Notes under the pieces: model-generated
Seen by the model: the letters and a program-made list of their open reading frames with translations, nothing else
Told to the model about the DNA's origin: nothing
Database searches by the model: none
Program-made: the position numbers and the translations under genes
Origin: Longimicrobiales bacterium
Lineage (GTDB): Bacteria; Gemmatimonadota; Gemmatimonadetes; Longimicrobiales; Gaopeijiaceae
Direction: 5' to 3'
DNA: 64,000 nt
Assembly: GCA_965198065.1 (NCBI GenBank)
Contig: CBDAON010000004.1
Location: forward strand, 2,336,001-2,400,000
Shown: positions 1 to 8,901 of the stretch, piece after piece
Position numbering within the stretch: the first letter of the stretch is position 1
How the letters are laid out: each line of letters begins with the position of its first letter

Positions 1-3000
1 ACGGATCTGAGCGTCGGGGTTCTGTCGCAGCAGAACGGTACGTACACGCTGCAAAACGTGCCGGTGGGCACGCACGCGCTGACGGCGCAGCGTCTGGGCT
101 ACCGCGTGGTAACCCAGAACGTGACGGTGACGGCAGGCGGAGCCGCGACGGCGGACTTCGAGCTAGGGCAGATCGCGCTGGCGCTGGACGCGGTGGTGGT
201 GACGGGAACGGCGGGGGGCACGCAGCGTCGAGCGATCGGGAACGTGGTAACGCAGGTGCAGGCGGCGGCGGTCACGGAGTCAATGCCGGTCACGAACATG
301 GTCGAAATGCTGGGAGGCCGTGCGCCGGGGCTCCAGTTCCAGCGAACCACGGGAGTGGTGGGCGAGGGCTCGGCGATCCGGATTCGCGGCGTCGGGAGTG
401 TGACGCTGGGCTCGCACCCGCTCATCTTCATTGACGGGATCCGGGCCGACAATCGAACGAACGCTGGCCCCAATGGGTCCTCGGCGAGCGCGCTGGACGA
501 CATCAATGCGAACGACATCGAGAGCATCGAGATCATCAAGGGCCCGGCCGCCGCGACGCTCTACGGCACCGAGGCCTCGGAGGGCGTGATCCAGATCATC
601 ACGAAGCGGGGCGCGCAGGGAGCGCCGCAGTTCGACTTCGCGGTGCACCAGGGGATCCGCTTCATGCGGGACCCGGCCGGGCAGATCGGCACGCTTTTCG
701 GGTGCCGTTCGACATCCAGCCCGCCGTGCCCGGTGGCAGACATCTTCGAGTACAACCCGGTGGACGAGGCGAAATGGTACATCGACAGGATCCACGGCCC
801 CTTGGGGACCTCCGGTATCTACCCAGGCGGGCAGACCGAGTGGAACGAATGGCCGTGCGACCAGCTGTTCTGCAACGGTCACCTGGAGACCTACACGCTG
901 AGCATCCGGGGCGGCACGGATAACCTGCGCTACTTCGTCTCGGGCGAGTTCCTGGGCGACGAAGGGGTGGTCCCCTGGAACTGGCAAGATCGGACGAACG
1001 TGCGGGTGAACCTGAACATGCTGCTCACGCCCAACCTGTCGCTGGACGTCTCCACGGGGTACGTCAGCGGCTACACGCGGTTCGCCGATACCCCAAGCGA
1101 GGGCGATGTCTTCGACGACATGCAGTGGGGCAAGGGCTACTGCCTCATACGGATCAACCCGGACGCCTGCACGCGTCAGGGCGGATTCCAGGAACGCAGC
1201 CCGGGGGACATGTGGTCCATAGAGAACACCCGCGAGTGGGACCGCTTCATCGGGAGCTTCACGGCCCAGCACATCTTCCGGGAATTCCTGACCCAACGCT
1301 TCATCTTCGGGATCGACAACACCTGGGAGATCAACCGCAACTACTTCCCCCTGGATCCGGTCTCGCCGCCCTACCGGAACGCGCAGGCTGGGGCGATCCG
1401 CTACGACCGGCCGAACGTCTCGAACATAACGCTGGACTACGCGGCCAGCGCCCGGACGCAGCTGAACGACGCCTTCAGCCTTAACACGTCGGTCGGGGTG
1501 CAGTACTACGAGCATCTGACGGAGACCTTCCGGAACGAGGGACGCGGCTTCGCGCTCCCGGTGCAGACCACGGTCAACCAGACGCCGGTCTCCTCGCTCT
1601 CGGTCGTCTACACGTACGTGCAGAACAAGTCGCTCGGCGCGTACATCCAGGAAGAGATCGGCTGGAACGACAGGGCGTTCCTCACGGTGGCCGTGCGCGC
1701 GGACGACAACTCGGCGTTCGGCGCCAACCTCGACGCCCAGTACTACCCGAAGGTGTCGGCGACGTGGGTGATCTCGGAGGAGCCGTTCTGGAACATCCCG
1801 CTGGTGAACACGCTGAGGCTTCGCTCGGCGATGGGTCAGGCGGGTCGCCAGCCGAACACGTTTGCCGGGCAGACGACCTGGCAATCGTATACGGGGCCGG
1901 GTGGAGCGGGTGCGGTTCGCCCGCTGTCGCCGGGCAATCCCGGCATCGGCCCGGAGGTGAGCACCGAGATCGAAGCGGGCTTCGACATCGCGATCCTGAA
2001 CGACCGCATCTCCGGCGAGTTCACCTACTTCCAGCGGACGACCAAGGACGCGCTCTTGAACGCGCCATTCGCGCCGAGTTCCGCAGGAGTCTCGCCGACC
2101 GCACGAGGTGTTTCTTTGACTCCCCTTCCTTCGGGTCCTTCGGGCACGGACGCCCGTGACCTGCGGCGGATGGATACCTGGGGAGGTCCTTCTTTCGGTT
2201 CCCTTCCTCCGACCTTGGCAGCCAGTCACCCGCCGCCGGGCACGACGATCGCCCGTAACCTGGGGCAGATCGACAACTGGGGCTGGGAGGCGAGCGTGAA
2301 CGCGCGCCTGATGGACCGGCAGAACGTGTCGCTCGACCTGACCGTGAACACCGACCACATCGGCAACGAGATCAAGGACCTCGGGGACTTCCCGGGGACC
2401 ACGAGCATCCAGGTCGGCTTCCCCTACCCCAACGACCAAACTCGTTACCGTGTCGTGAGCTGGAGTGACGAGCTCGACGAGTTCGGCCTGCCCGTAGAGG
2501 TCTTGTGCGAAGCTGGGACCGGGCCCGACAACCTCCGCCCGGGCGGCGAAATCGTGAACTGTAACGACGTGCGAGGCCGGCGGATGTTGCTCGGCCCCTC
2601 ATACTACACGTACACGTTCAGCCTCGTGCCGACGCTCACGCTCTACAACAACCTCCGGATCTTCGCCGTGGCGCAGGGCATGTACGGCAAGACGGGGAGC
2701 GAGTCGCAGGTGGGCTGGGGCCAACGCTACAACAACGGTTACTGCTCTCAGGCGCTGGGTGGGGATCCGGCCTGCATCGAGTGGCTGGTGCGTAACTGGG
2801 ACGGCGAGTTCCCGGATGACCGGCATCAGGACGACTTCGACGCGGACTTCTGGAAGCTCCGGGAAGTCGGGGTCCAGTACGATCTGCCGCAGGCCTGGAT
2901 CCAGAGAACCGGCGCGAGCCGGGCATCGCTGGGCTTCGCGGCCCGGGAGATTGGGACCATCTGGCGGGCGCAGGATACCGTTGGTGACACCAAGGCCGGG

Positions 3001-3096
3001 GCGCCCGGAAGGCACATCCCGGACTCGGAGTCCGACGGGCTCTACAAGCTGCCGGGGATCGCATCGTTGACCGCCACCATGAGGGTCACCTTCTAA
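1..3096 (+). CDS. SusC/RagA-family TonB-dependent outer membrane receptor, copy 1 (5' end outside window)
   Basis: Open frame from base 1; SusC plug signature DIESIEIIKGPAAATLYGTEASEGVIQIITKRG, C-terminal Phe; followed by a SusD-like gene. Confidence 0.92.
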   Translation, partial: TDLSVGVLSQQNGTYTLQNVPVGTHALTAQRLGYRVVTQNVTVTAGGAATADFELGQIALALDAVVVTGTAGGTQRRAIGNVVTQVQAAAVTESMPVTNMVEMLGGRAPGLQFQRTTGVVGEGSAIRIRGVGSVTLGSHPLIFIDGIRADNRTNAGPNGSSASALDDINANDIESIEIIKGPAAATLYGTEASEGVIQIITKRGAQGAPQFDFAVHQGIRFMRDPAGQIGTLFGCRSTSSPPCPVADIFEYNPVDEAKWYIDRIHGPLGTSGIYPGGQTEWNEWPCDQLFCNGHLETYTLSIRGGTDNLRYFVSGEFLGDEGVVPWNWQDRTNVRVNLNMLLTPNLSLDVSTGYVSGYTRFADTPSEGDVFDDMQWGKGYCLIRINPDACTRQGGFQERSPGDMWSIENTREWDRFIGSFTAQHIFREFLTQRFIFGIDNTWEINRNYFPLDPVSPPYRNAQAGAIRYDRPNVSNITLDYAASARTQLNDAFSLNTSVGVQYYEHLTETFRNEGRGFALPVQTTVNQTPVSSLSVVYTYVQNKSLGAYIQEEIGWNDRAFLTVAVRADDNSAFGANLDAQYYPKVSATWVISEEPFWNIPLVNTLRLRSAMGQAGRQPNTFAGQTTWQSYTGPGGAGAVRPLSPGNPGIGPEVSTEIEAGFDIAILNDRISGEFTYFQRTTKDALLNAPFAPSSAGVSPTARGVSLTPLPSGPSGTDARDLRRMDTWGGPSFGSLPPTLAASHPPPGTTIARNLGQIDNWGWEASVNARLMDRQNVSLDLTVNTDHIGNEIKDLGDFPGTTSIQVGFPYPNDQTRYRVVSWSDELDEFGLPVEVLCEAGTGPDNLRPGGEIVNCNDVRGRRMLLGPSYYTYTFSLVPTLTLYNNLRIFAVAQGMYGKTGSESQVGWGQRYNNGYCSQALGGDPACIEWLVRNWDGEFPDDRHQDDFDADFWKLREVGVQYDLPQAWIQRTGASRASLGFAAREIGTIWRAQDTVGDTKAGAPGRHIPDSESDGLYKLPGIASLTATMRVTF

Positions 3097-3128
3097 ACGC
3101 CATCGGAGTAACCGAGATCGGCGACGTC

Positions 3129-3170
3129 ATCGGCGGCACGGGGCCAGCAGCAACGCCCTGTGCCGCCGAT
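3129..3170 (+). other. Intergenic RNA hairpin between susC and susD (second copy at 8379-8415)
   Basis: atcggcggcacggggc ... gccctgtgccgccgat, 16-bp stem with one G-U pair, no U-tail. Confidence 0.7.
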
Positions 3171-3200
3171 TGGCGCTCCGCGAGATCAAGAGGAACCAAC

Positions 3201-4721
3201 ATGCGCAAGAACACAAACGTTAGAACTAGGCAGAGAGGAGGGGCGCTCCGGGGCCTGATCCTCACGCTCTCCCTCGGCGCTCTGGGCGCGCTCACCGCCT
3301 GCGATCTCGACTCACTGCTCGAGGTGGAGGCTCCCGACCAGATCACCGCAGGCGCCCTCGAGGACTCGGGCGCGGCCGGCCTGCTCGTCAACTCGATCAT
3401 CGCGCACTTCGAGTGCGGCTATTCGGGCTTCCTGTACGACGAGGCCGGCAAGTCCGATACGTTCGATCGCATTGCCGGGGCCGGCGCGGGCGGAGGTTCG
3501 GAGGGCTACGGCAACAGCACGGTGAGCACCGCAATAGGATTGTGTTCTGGCCCTGGCATCGGATACACCTGGGCAGGATCCATCCAGCTCGCACGCGGCA
3601 TGGGGATGCGCACCTACGAGGACCTGACGGGCTGGACAGACCAGCAAGTCGCGGGTGACCGGGAGAAGCTCCAGGCGACCGCGGCGCTCTACGCTGGGGC
3701 GGCCCTGGGCCTCTTTGGCGAGTTCTTCTGTGAGACCGCCATCGACATTGGGCCCCTCATGACCCAGGACGAGACGCTCGCCCTGGCCGAGGAGTGGATC
3801 AACACGGCCCTCGGCCACATCGCCAACACCGGCGACTTCGAGCTCGAGCACGGCGCGACGACCAGCATCGAGACCCTGGCCTACGGGCTTCGCGCCCGTA
3901 TCCGCTGGGCTCGAGGGACTCCAGGGTCCACCTTCTGGGACGGCGCCCGGGCCGACGCGCTTCGCGTGCCTCAGGGCTACACGGCCTGGGTGGTCCGGGA
4001 GAACAGCCCCACGCGGCAAAACAAGGTCTACGAGGTCGCAACCGACATCGGCGTTTCGGTCGTGATGGGACCCTTCACCCACTGGGTGGGGCCGCCCAAT
4101 CCGGTGACCGGCCTGACCTGGCCCAACCCCATCCCCTTCACCGGATACCTTGATCTCGGCATCATGCCCGACGGCCGCGTCATCAGCGAGGACCAATACC
4201 CCATCACGACGACCGGCTCTCCGGGCGCTATCCCGGATCCTCGCGTCGTCACCCGGATCCAGAAGATCCAGGGGCCCGACCCCGGGCCGGTACCGGTCAA
4301 GTATACGGCCCCCGACGACGACATGCCCTTCGTCAGCTGGAACGACATGTGGCTCATCCGTGCCGAGATCGACGGCGGCCAGGCGGCCATCGACCTGGTC
4401 AACGAGCTTCGGGTCGCGCGTGGGTTGCCCATCGTCACGTACGCCAATCCGGCCGACGCCGATCAGATCCTGGACATGATCATCGAGGAGCGCCGCCGCG
4501 ACCTGTGGCTCGAGGGCCGCTTCTGGGGCACCAAGATCCAGCACACCGACCGCCTCTGGTTCCCGCGCTCTTTCGGCTCTTCGCTGTTCCAGGGCTTCCC
4601 CTACTACGGGGCCGTCACCCTGATCATGGCTGAAAACGAGTACGAGCTGAACCCCAACTTAAGCCTCGCCGACCGCGCCACCGGGTGCGTTGACTCCAAG
4701 ATGCCCACGGTGGTCGACTGA
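3201..4721 (+). CDS. SusD/RagB-family outer membrane lipoprotein
   Basis: Lipobox LTAC; motifs MWLIRAE, LVNELRVARGLP, IIEERRRDLWLEGR; lies downstream of susC. Confidence 0.9.
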   Translation: MRKNTNVRTRQRGGALRGLILTLSLGALGALTACDLDSLLEVEAPDQITAGALEDSGAAGLLVNSIIAHFECGYSGFLYDEAGKSDTFDRIAGAGAGGGSEGYGNSTVSTAIGLCSGPGIGYTWAGSIQLARGMGMRTYEDLTGWTDQQVAGDREKLQATAALYAGAALGLFGEFFCETAIDIGPLMTQDETLALAEEWINTALGHIANTGDFELEHGATTSIETLAYGLRARIRWARGTPGSTFWDGARADALRVPQGYTAWVVRENSPTRQNKVYEVATDIGVSVVMGPFTHWVGPPNPVTGLTWPNPIPFTGYLDLGIMPDGRVISEDQYPITTTGSPGAIPDPRVVTRIQKIQGPDPGPVPVKYTAPDDDMPFVSWNDMWLIRAEIDGGQAAIDLVNELRVARGLPIVTYANPADADQILDMIIEERRRDLWLEGRFWGTKIQHTDRLWFPRSFGSSLFQGFPYYGAVTLIMAENEYELNPNLSLADRATGCVDSKMPTVVD

Positions 4722-4762
4722 GCTCAGCAGGGGGCTAGAGGAAAAGAGTCGAACTGAACGGC

Positions 4763-4800
4763 CGACGGGCCCGTGCGACCAGCGTCGCGCGGGCCCGTCG
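4763..4800 (+). terminator. Strong hairpin after susD (terminator or 3' stabiliser; second copy at 8730-8771)
   Basis: cgacgggcccgtgcgac-cagc-gtcgcgcgggcccgtcg; U-tail weak. Confidence 0.6.
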
Positions 4801-4859
4801 CTTATGGGGGCGATCCCCCCGCCTCTCTCTTCTGCCCGCCTGGCGGTCATTCGCCTCGT

Positions 4860-5106
4860 TCAAATGATGATGCTGATCGGGAATTGATATCCGCATTACT
4901 ACTGTTATATATTAGGTACCTTAGATGAAGACGACTTAGCATCAATTGTACACACATCCTCGTAGATAGAGTGTGGACGTCTGATGATGACTCTTGACAT
5001 TCCTCATCGTAGAGTAGCAGTTTCTGCCGATGACCAACCTTAGGGCGACCGCAGTTTAGCTTCGGAGCGTAGGTCTGTTCACTCGGCGAGATGAGGAGGA
5101 GAGGCG
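4860..5106 (+). promoter_or_regulatory. AT-rich putative promoter region and RBS of susC copy 2
   Basis: Marked AT-richness, TTGACA at 4994-4999 (no convincing -10 at 17 bp), gaggaggagagg before ATG 5107. Confidence 0.4.
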
Positions 5107-8100
5107 ATGAGATCGCAACCGCATGTTTGGAGGAGGGGCGCGCTCATAGCGCTGCTGCTGGGCTGGGCATCGCAAGCAGGCGCGCAGCAGACGGGAACCG
5201 TGACGGGACGGGTACTCGATGAGACGGGGTCACCGCTACCGGTGGTGCAGGTCACGATCACGGATCTGAGCGTCGGGGTTCTGTCGCAGCAGAACGGTAC
5301 GTACACGCTGCAAAACGTGCCGGTGGGCACGCACGCGCTGACGGCGCAGCGTCTGGGCTACCGCGTGGTAACCCAGAACGTGACGGTGACGGCAGGCGGA
5401 GCCGCGACGGCGGACTTCGAGCTAGGGCAGATCGCGCTGGCGCTGGACGCGGTGGTGGTGACGGGAACGGCGGGGGGCACGCAGCGTCGAGCGATCGGGA
5501 ACGTGGTAACGCAGGTGCAGGCGGCGGCGGTCACGGAGTCAATGCCGGTCACGAACATGGTCGAAATGCTGGGAGGCCGTGCGCCGGGGCTCCAGTTCCA
5601 GCGAACCACGGGAGTGGTGGGCGAGGGCTCGGCGATCCGGATTCGCGGCGTCGGGAGTGTGACGCTGGGCTCGCACCCGCTCATCTTCATTGACGGGATC
5701 CGGGCCGACAATCGAACGAACGCTGGCCCCAATGGGTCCTCGGCGAGCGCGCTGGACGACATCAATGCGAACGACATCGAGAGCATCGAGATCATCAAGG
5801 GCCCGGCCGCCGCGACGCTCTACGGCACCGAGGCCTCGGAGGGCGTGATCCAGATCATCACGAAGCGGGGCGCGCAGGGAGCGCCGCAGTTCGACTTCGC
5901 GGTGCACCAGGGGATCCGCTTCATGCGGGACCCGGCCGGAAATATCGGCACGCTTTTCGGGTGCCGTTCGACATCCAGCCCGCCGTGCCCGGTGGCAGAC
6001 ATCTTCGAGTACAACCCGGTGGACGAGGCGAAATGGTACATCGACAGGATCCACGGCCCCTTGGGGACCTCCGGTATCTACCCAGGCGGGCAGACCGAGT
6101 GGAACGAATGGCCGTGCGACCAGCTGTTCTGCAACGGTCACCTGGAGACCTACACGCTGAGCATCCGGGGCGGCACGGATAACCTGCGCTACTTCGTCTC
6201 GGGCGAGTTCCTGGGCGACGAAGGGGTGGTCCCCTGGAACTGGCAAGATCGGACGAACGTGCGGGTGAACCTGAACATGCTGCTCACGCCCAACCTGTCG
6301 CTGGACGTCTCCACGGGGTACGTCAGCGGCTACACGCGGTTCGCCGATACCCCAAGCGAGGGCGATGTCTTCGACGACATGCAGTGGGGCAAGGGCTACT
6401 GCCTCATACGGATCAACCCGGACGCCTGCACGCGTCAGGGCGGATTCCAGGAACGCAGCCCGGGGGACATGTGGTCCATAGAGAACACCCGCGAGTGGGA
6501 CCGCTTCATCGGGAGCTTCACGGCCCAGCACATCTTCCGGGAATTCCTGACCCAACGCTTCATCTTCGGGATCGACAACACCTGGGAGATCAACCGCAAC
6601 TACTTCCCCCTGGATCCGGTCTCGCCGCCCTACCGGAACGCGCAGGCTGGGGCGATCCGCTACGACCGGCCGAACGTCTCGAACATAACGCTGGACTACG
6701 CGGCCAGCGCCCGGACGCAGCTGAACGACGCCTTCAGCCTTAACACGTCGGTCGGGGTGCAGTACTACGAGCATCTGACGGAGACCTTCCGGAACGAGGG
6801 ACGCGGCTTCGCGCTCCCGGTGCAGACCACGGTCAACCAGACGCCGGTCTCCTCGCTCTCGGTCGTCTACACGTACGTGCAGAACAAGTCGCTCGGCGCG
6901 TACATCCAGGAAGAGATCGGCTGGAACGACAGGGCGTTCCTCACGGTGGCCGTGCGCGCGGACGACAACTCGGCGTTCGGCGCCAACCTCGACGCCCAGT
7001 ACTACCCGAAGGTGTCGGCGACGTGGGTGATCTCGGAGGAGCCGTTCTGGAACATCCCGCTGGTGAACACGCTGAGGCTTCGCTCGGCGATGGGTCAGGC
7101 GGGTCGCCAGCCGAACACGTTTGCCGGGCAGACGACCTGGCAATCGTATACGGGGCCGGGTGGAGCGGGTGCGGTTCGCCCGCTGTCGCCGGGCAATCCC
7201 GGCATCGGCCCGGAGGTGAGCACCGAGATCGAAGCGGGCTTCGACATCGCGATCCTGAACGACCGCATCTCCGGCGAGTTCACCTACTTCCAGCGGACGA
7301 CCAAGGACGCGCTCTTGAACGCGCCATTCGCGCCGAGTTCCGCAGGAGTGGCGCCGACCGCACGAGGTGTTTCTTTGACTCCCCTTCCTTCGGGTCCTTC
7401 GGGCACGGACGCCCGTGACCTGCGGCGGATGGATACCTGGGGAGGTCCTTCTTTCGGTTCCCTTCCTCCGACCTTGGCAGCCAGTCACCCGCCGCCGGGC
7501 ACGACGATCGCCCGTAACCTGGGGCAGATCGACAACTGGGGCTGGGAGGCGAGCGTGAACGCGCGCCTGATGGACCGGCAGAACGTGACGTTCGACCTGA
7601 CCGTGAACGCCGACCACATCGGCAACGAGATCAAGGACCTCGGGGACTTCCCGGGGACCTCGGCCATCCAGGTCGGCTTCCCCTACCCCAACGAGGTGAA
7701 CTACTTCAACGTGGTCGGTTGGAGCGAAGAGTTCGACGAGTTCGGCGAGCCCCTAGAGGTCTACTGCGACGCCGGGACCGGGACCAACAACCTCTTCGTG
7801 GGCGGCGAGACCGTGAACTGTGACACGGTGCGAGGCGCCCGGCCCCTCGTCGGCCCCTCATACTACACGTACACGTTCAGCGTCGTGCCGACGCTCACGC
7901 TCTACAACAACCTCCGGATCTTCGCCGTGGCGCAGGGCATGTACGGCAAGATCGGCGACGAGTCCCAGGTCTCCTGGGGTTTCCGCTACAACAACGGCTA
8001 CTGCACCCAGGCCCTGGGCGGGGATCCGGCCTGCACGGAGTGGCTCGTGCGTAACCGGGACGGAATGTTCCGGGACGTCCGGATGCAGAACACGTTCAAG

Positions 8101-8358
8101 GCGGACTTCTGGAAGCTCCGGGAAGTCGGGGTCCAGTACGATCTGCCGCAGGCCTGGATCCAGAGAACCGGCGCGAGCCGGGCATCGCTGGGCCTCGCGG
8201 CCCGGGAGATCGCGGACCTCTGGCGGGCGCGGGATACCCTCGGTGTAAATAGGGAAGGGACGACGCCGGGAAGACACATTCCGGATTCGGAGTCCGACGG
8301 ACTCTACAAGCTACCGGGGGTCGCATCGTTGACCGCCACCATGAGGGTCACCTTCTAA
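5107..8358 (+). CDS. SusC/RagA-family TonB-dependent receptor, copy 2 (complete)
   Basis: Signal peptide ending AGA-QQ, carboxypeptidase-regulatory-like N-domain, SusC plug signature, terminal Phe, strong RBS. Confidence 0.93.
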   Translation: MRSQPHVWRRGALIALLLGWASQAGAQQTGTVTGRVLDETGSPLPVVQVTITDLSVGVLSQQNGTYTLQNVPVGTHALTAQRLGYRVVTQNVTVTAGGAATADFELGQIALALDAVVVTGTAGGTQRRAIGNVVTQVQAAAVTESMPVTNMVEMLGGRAPGLQFQRTTGVVGEGSAIRIRGVGSVTLGSHPLIFIDGIRADNRTNAGPNGSSASALDDINANDIESIEIIKGPAAATLYGTEASEGVIQIITKRGAQGAPQFDFAVHQGIRFMRDPAGNIGTLFGCRSTSSPPCPVADIFEYNPVDEAKWYIDRIHGPLGTSGIYPGGQTEWNEWPCDQLFCNGHLETYTLSIRGGTDNLRYFVSGEFLGDEGVVPWNWQDRTNVRVNLNMLLTPNLSLDVSTGYVSGYTRFADTPSEGDVFDDMQWGKGYCLIRINPDACTRQGGFQERSPGDMWSIENTREWDRFIGSFTAQHIFREFLTQRFIFGIDNTWEINRNYFPLDPVSPPYRNAQAGAIRYDRPNVSNITLDYAASARTQLNDAFSLNTSVGVQYYEHLTETFRNEGRGFALPVQTTVNQTPVSSLSVVYTYVQNKSLGAYIQEEIGWNDRAFLTVAVRADDNSAFGANLDAQYYPKVSATWVISEEPFWNIPLVNTLRLRSAMGQAGRQPNTFAGQTTWQSYTGPGGAGAVRPLSPGNPGIGPEVSTEIEAGFDIAILNDRISGEFTYFQRTTKDALLNAPFAPSSAGVAPTARGVSLTPLPSGPSGTDARDLRRMDTWGGPSFGSLPPTLAASHPPPGTTIARNLGQIDNWGWEASVNARLMDRQNVTFDLTVNADHIGNEIKDLGDFPGTSAIQVGFPYPNEVNYFNVVGWSEEFDEFGEPLEVYCDAGTGTNNLFVGGETVNCDTVRGARPLVGPSYYTYTFSVVPTLTLYNNLRIFAVAQGMYGKIGDESQVSWGFRYNNGYCTQALGGDPACTEWLVRNRDGMFRDVRMQNTFKADFWKLREVGVQYDLPQAWIQRTGASRASLGLAAREIADLWRARDTLGVNREGTTPGRHIPDSESDGLYKLPGVASLTATMRVTF

Positions 8359-8429
8359 GACACGAGATCGGCGACGTCATCGGCGGCACGGGGCCAGGAG
8401 CCCTGTGCCGCCGATTGGCGCTTCGCCCC

Positions 8430-8690
8430 GTCACCTACGTGAATCCGGCGGACGAGGAGCGCCGCCGCGACCTGTGGCTCGAGGGGCGCTTCTGGTCCAC
8501 CAAGATCCAGCACACCGACCGCCTCTGGTTCCCGCGCTCTTTCGGCTCTTCGCTGTTCCAGGGCTTCCCCTACTACGGGGCCGTCACCCTGCTCATGCCC
8601 GAGCAGGAGTACGGGCTGAATCCGAACTTCGGCCTCGAGGCCCGCGGCACCGGATGCGACACCACCAAGGCGCCCACGGTGGTCGACTGA
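8430..8690 (+). pseudogene. C-terminal remnant of a second SusD
   Basis: VTYVNPAD/EERRRDLWLEGRFW...PTVVD matches the last ~90 aa of 3201-4721; start, signal peptide and ~1.25 kb are missing. Confidence 0.88.
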
Positions 8691-8901
8691 GCCCTGCAGG
8701 GGGCTAGAGCAAAAGAGTCGAACTGAACGGCCCACGGGCCCGTGCGACCAGCGTCGCGCGGGCCCGTGGGCTATGGTGCAGCCCCGGCCTGAGACTGGGC
8801 TGTAGTGAACAGCTGAAGACAACAGGACCAACCCGCAGTACCGCCTGAAATTATCGGACACGGGAGCCTGTCCCGCAAGCAAGTCCTTTGCGGTCCGGAC
8901 C

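Larger units (their letters stand above)
1..3180 (+). repeat. Direct repeat unit A of the SusC locus (pairs with 5260-8422, offset 5259)
   Basis: acggatctgagcgtcggggtt at both 1 and 5260; near-identity to ~2330, patchy identity to the stop codon and the downstream hairpin. Confidence 0.95.

Noticed and set aside
2330..8358. Diversity-generating retroelement (template/variable repeat) behind the SusC differences
   Set aside because: Substitutions are not adenine-specific, both copies are full genes, and no reverse transcriptase is in the window.
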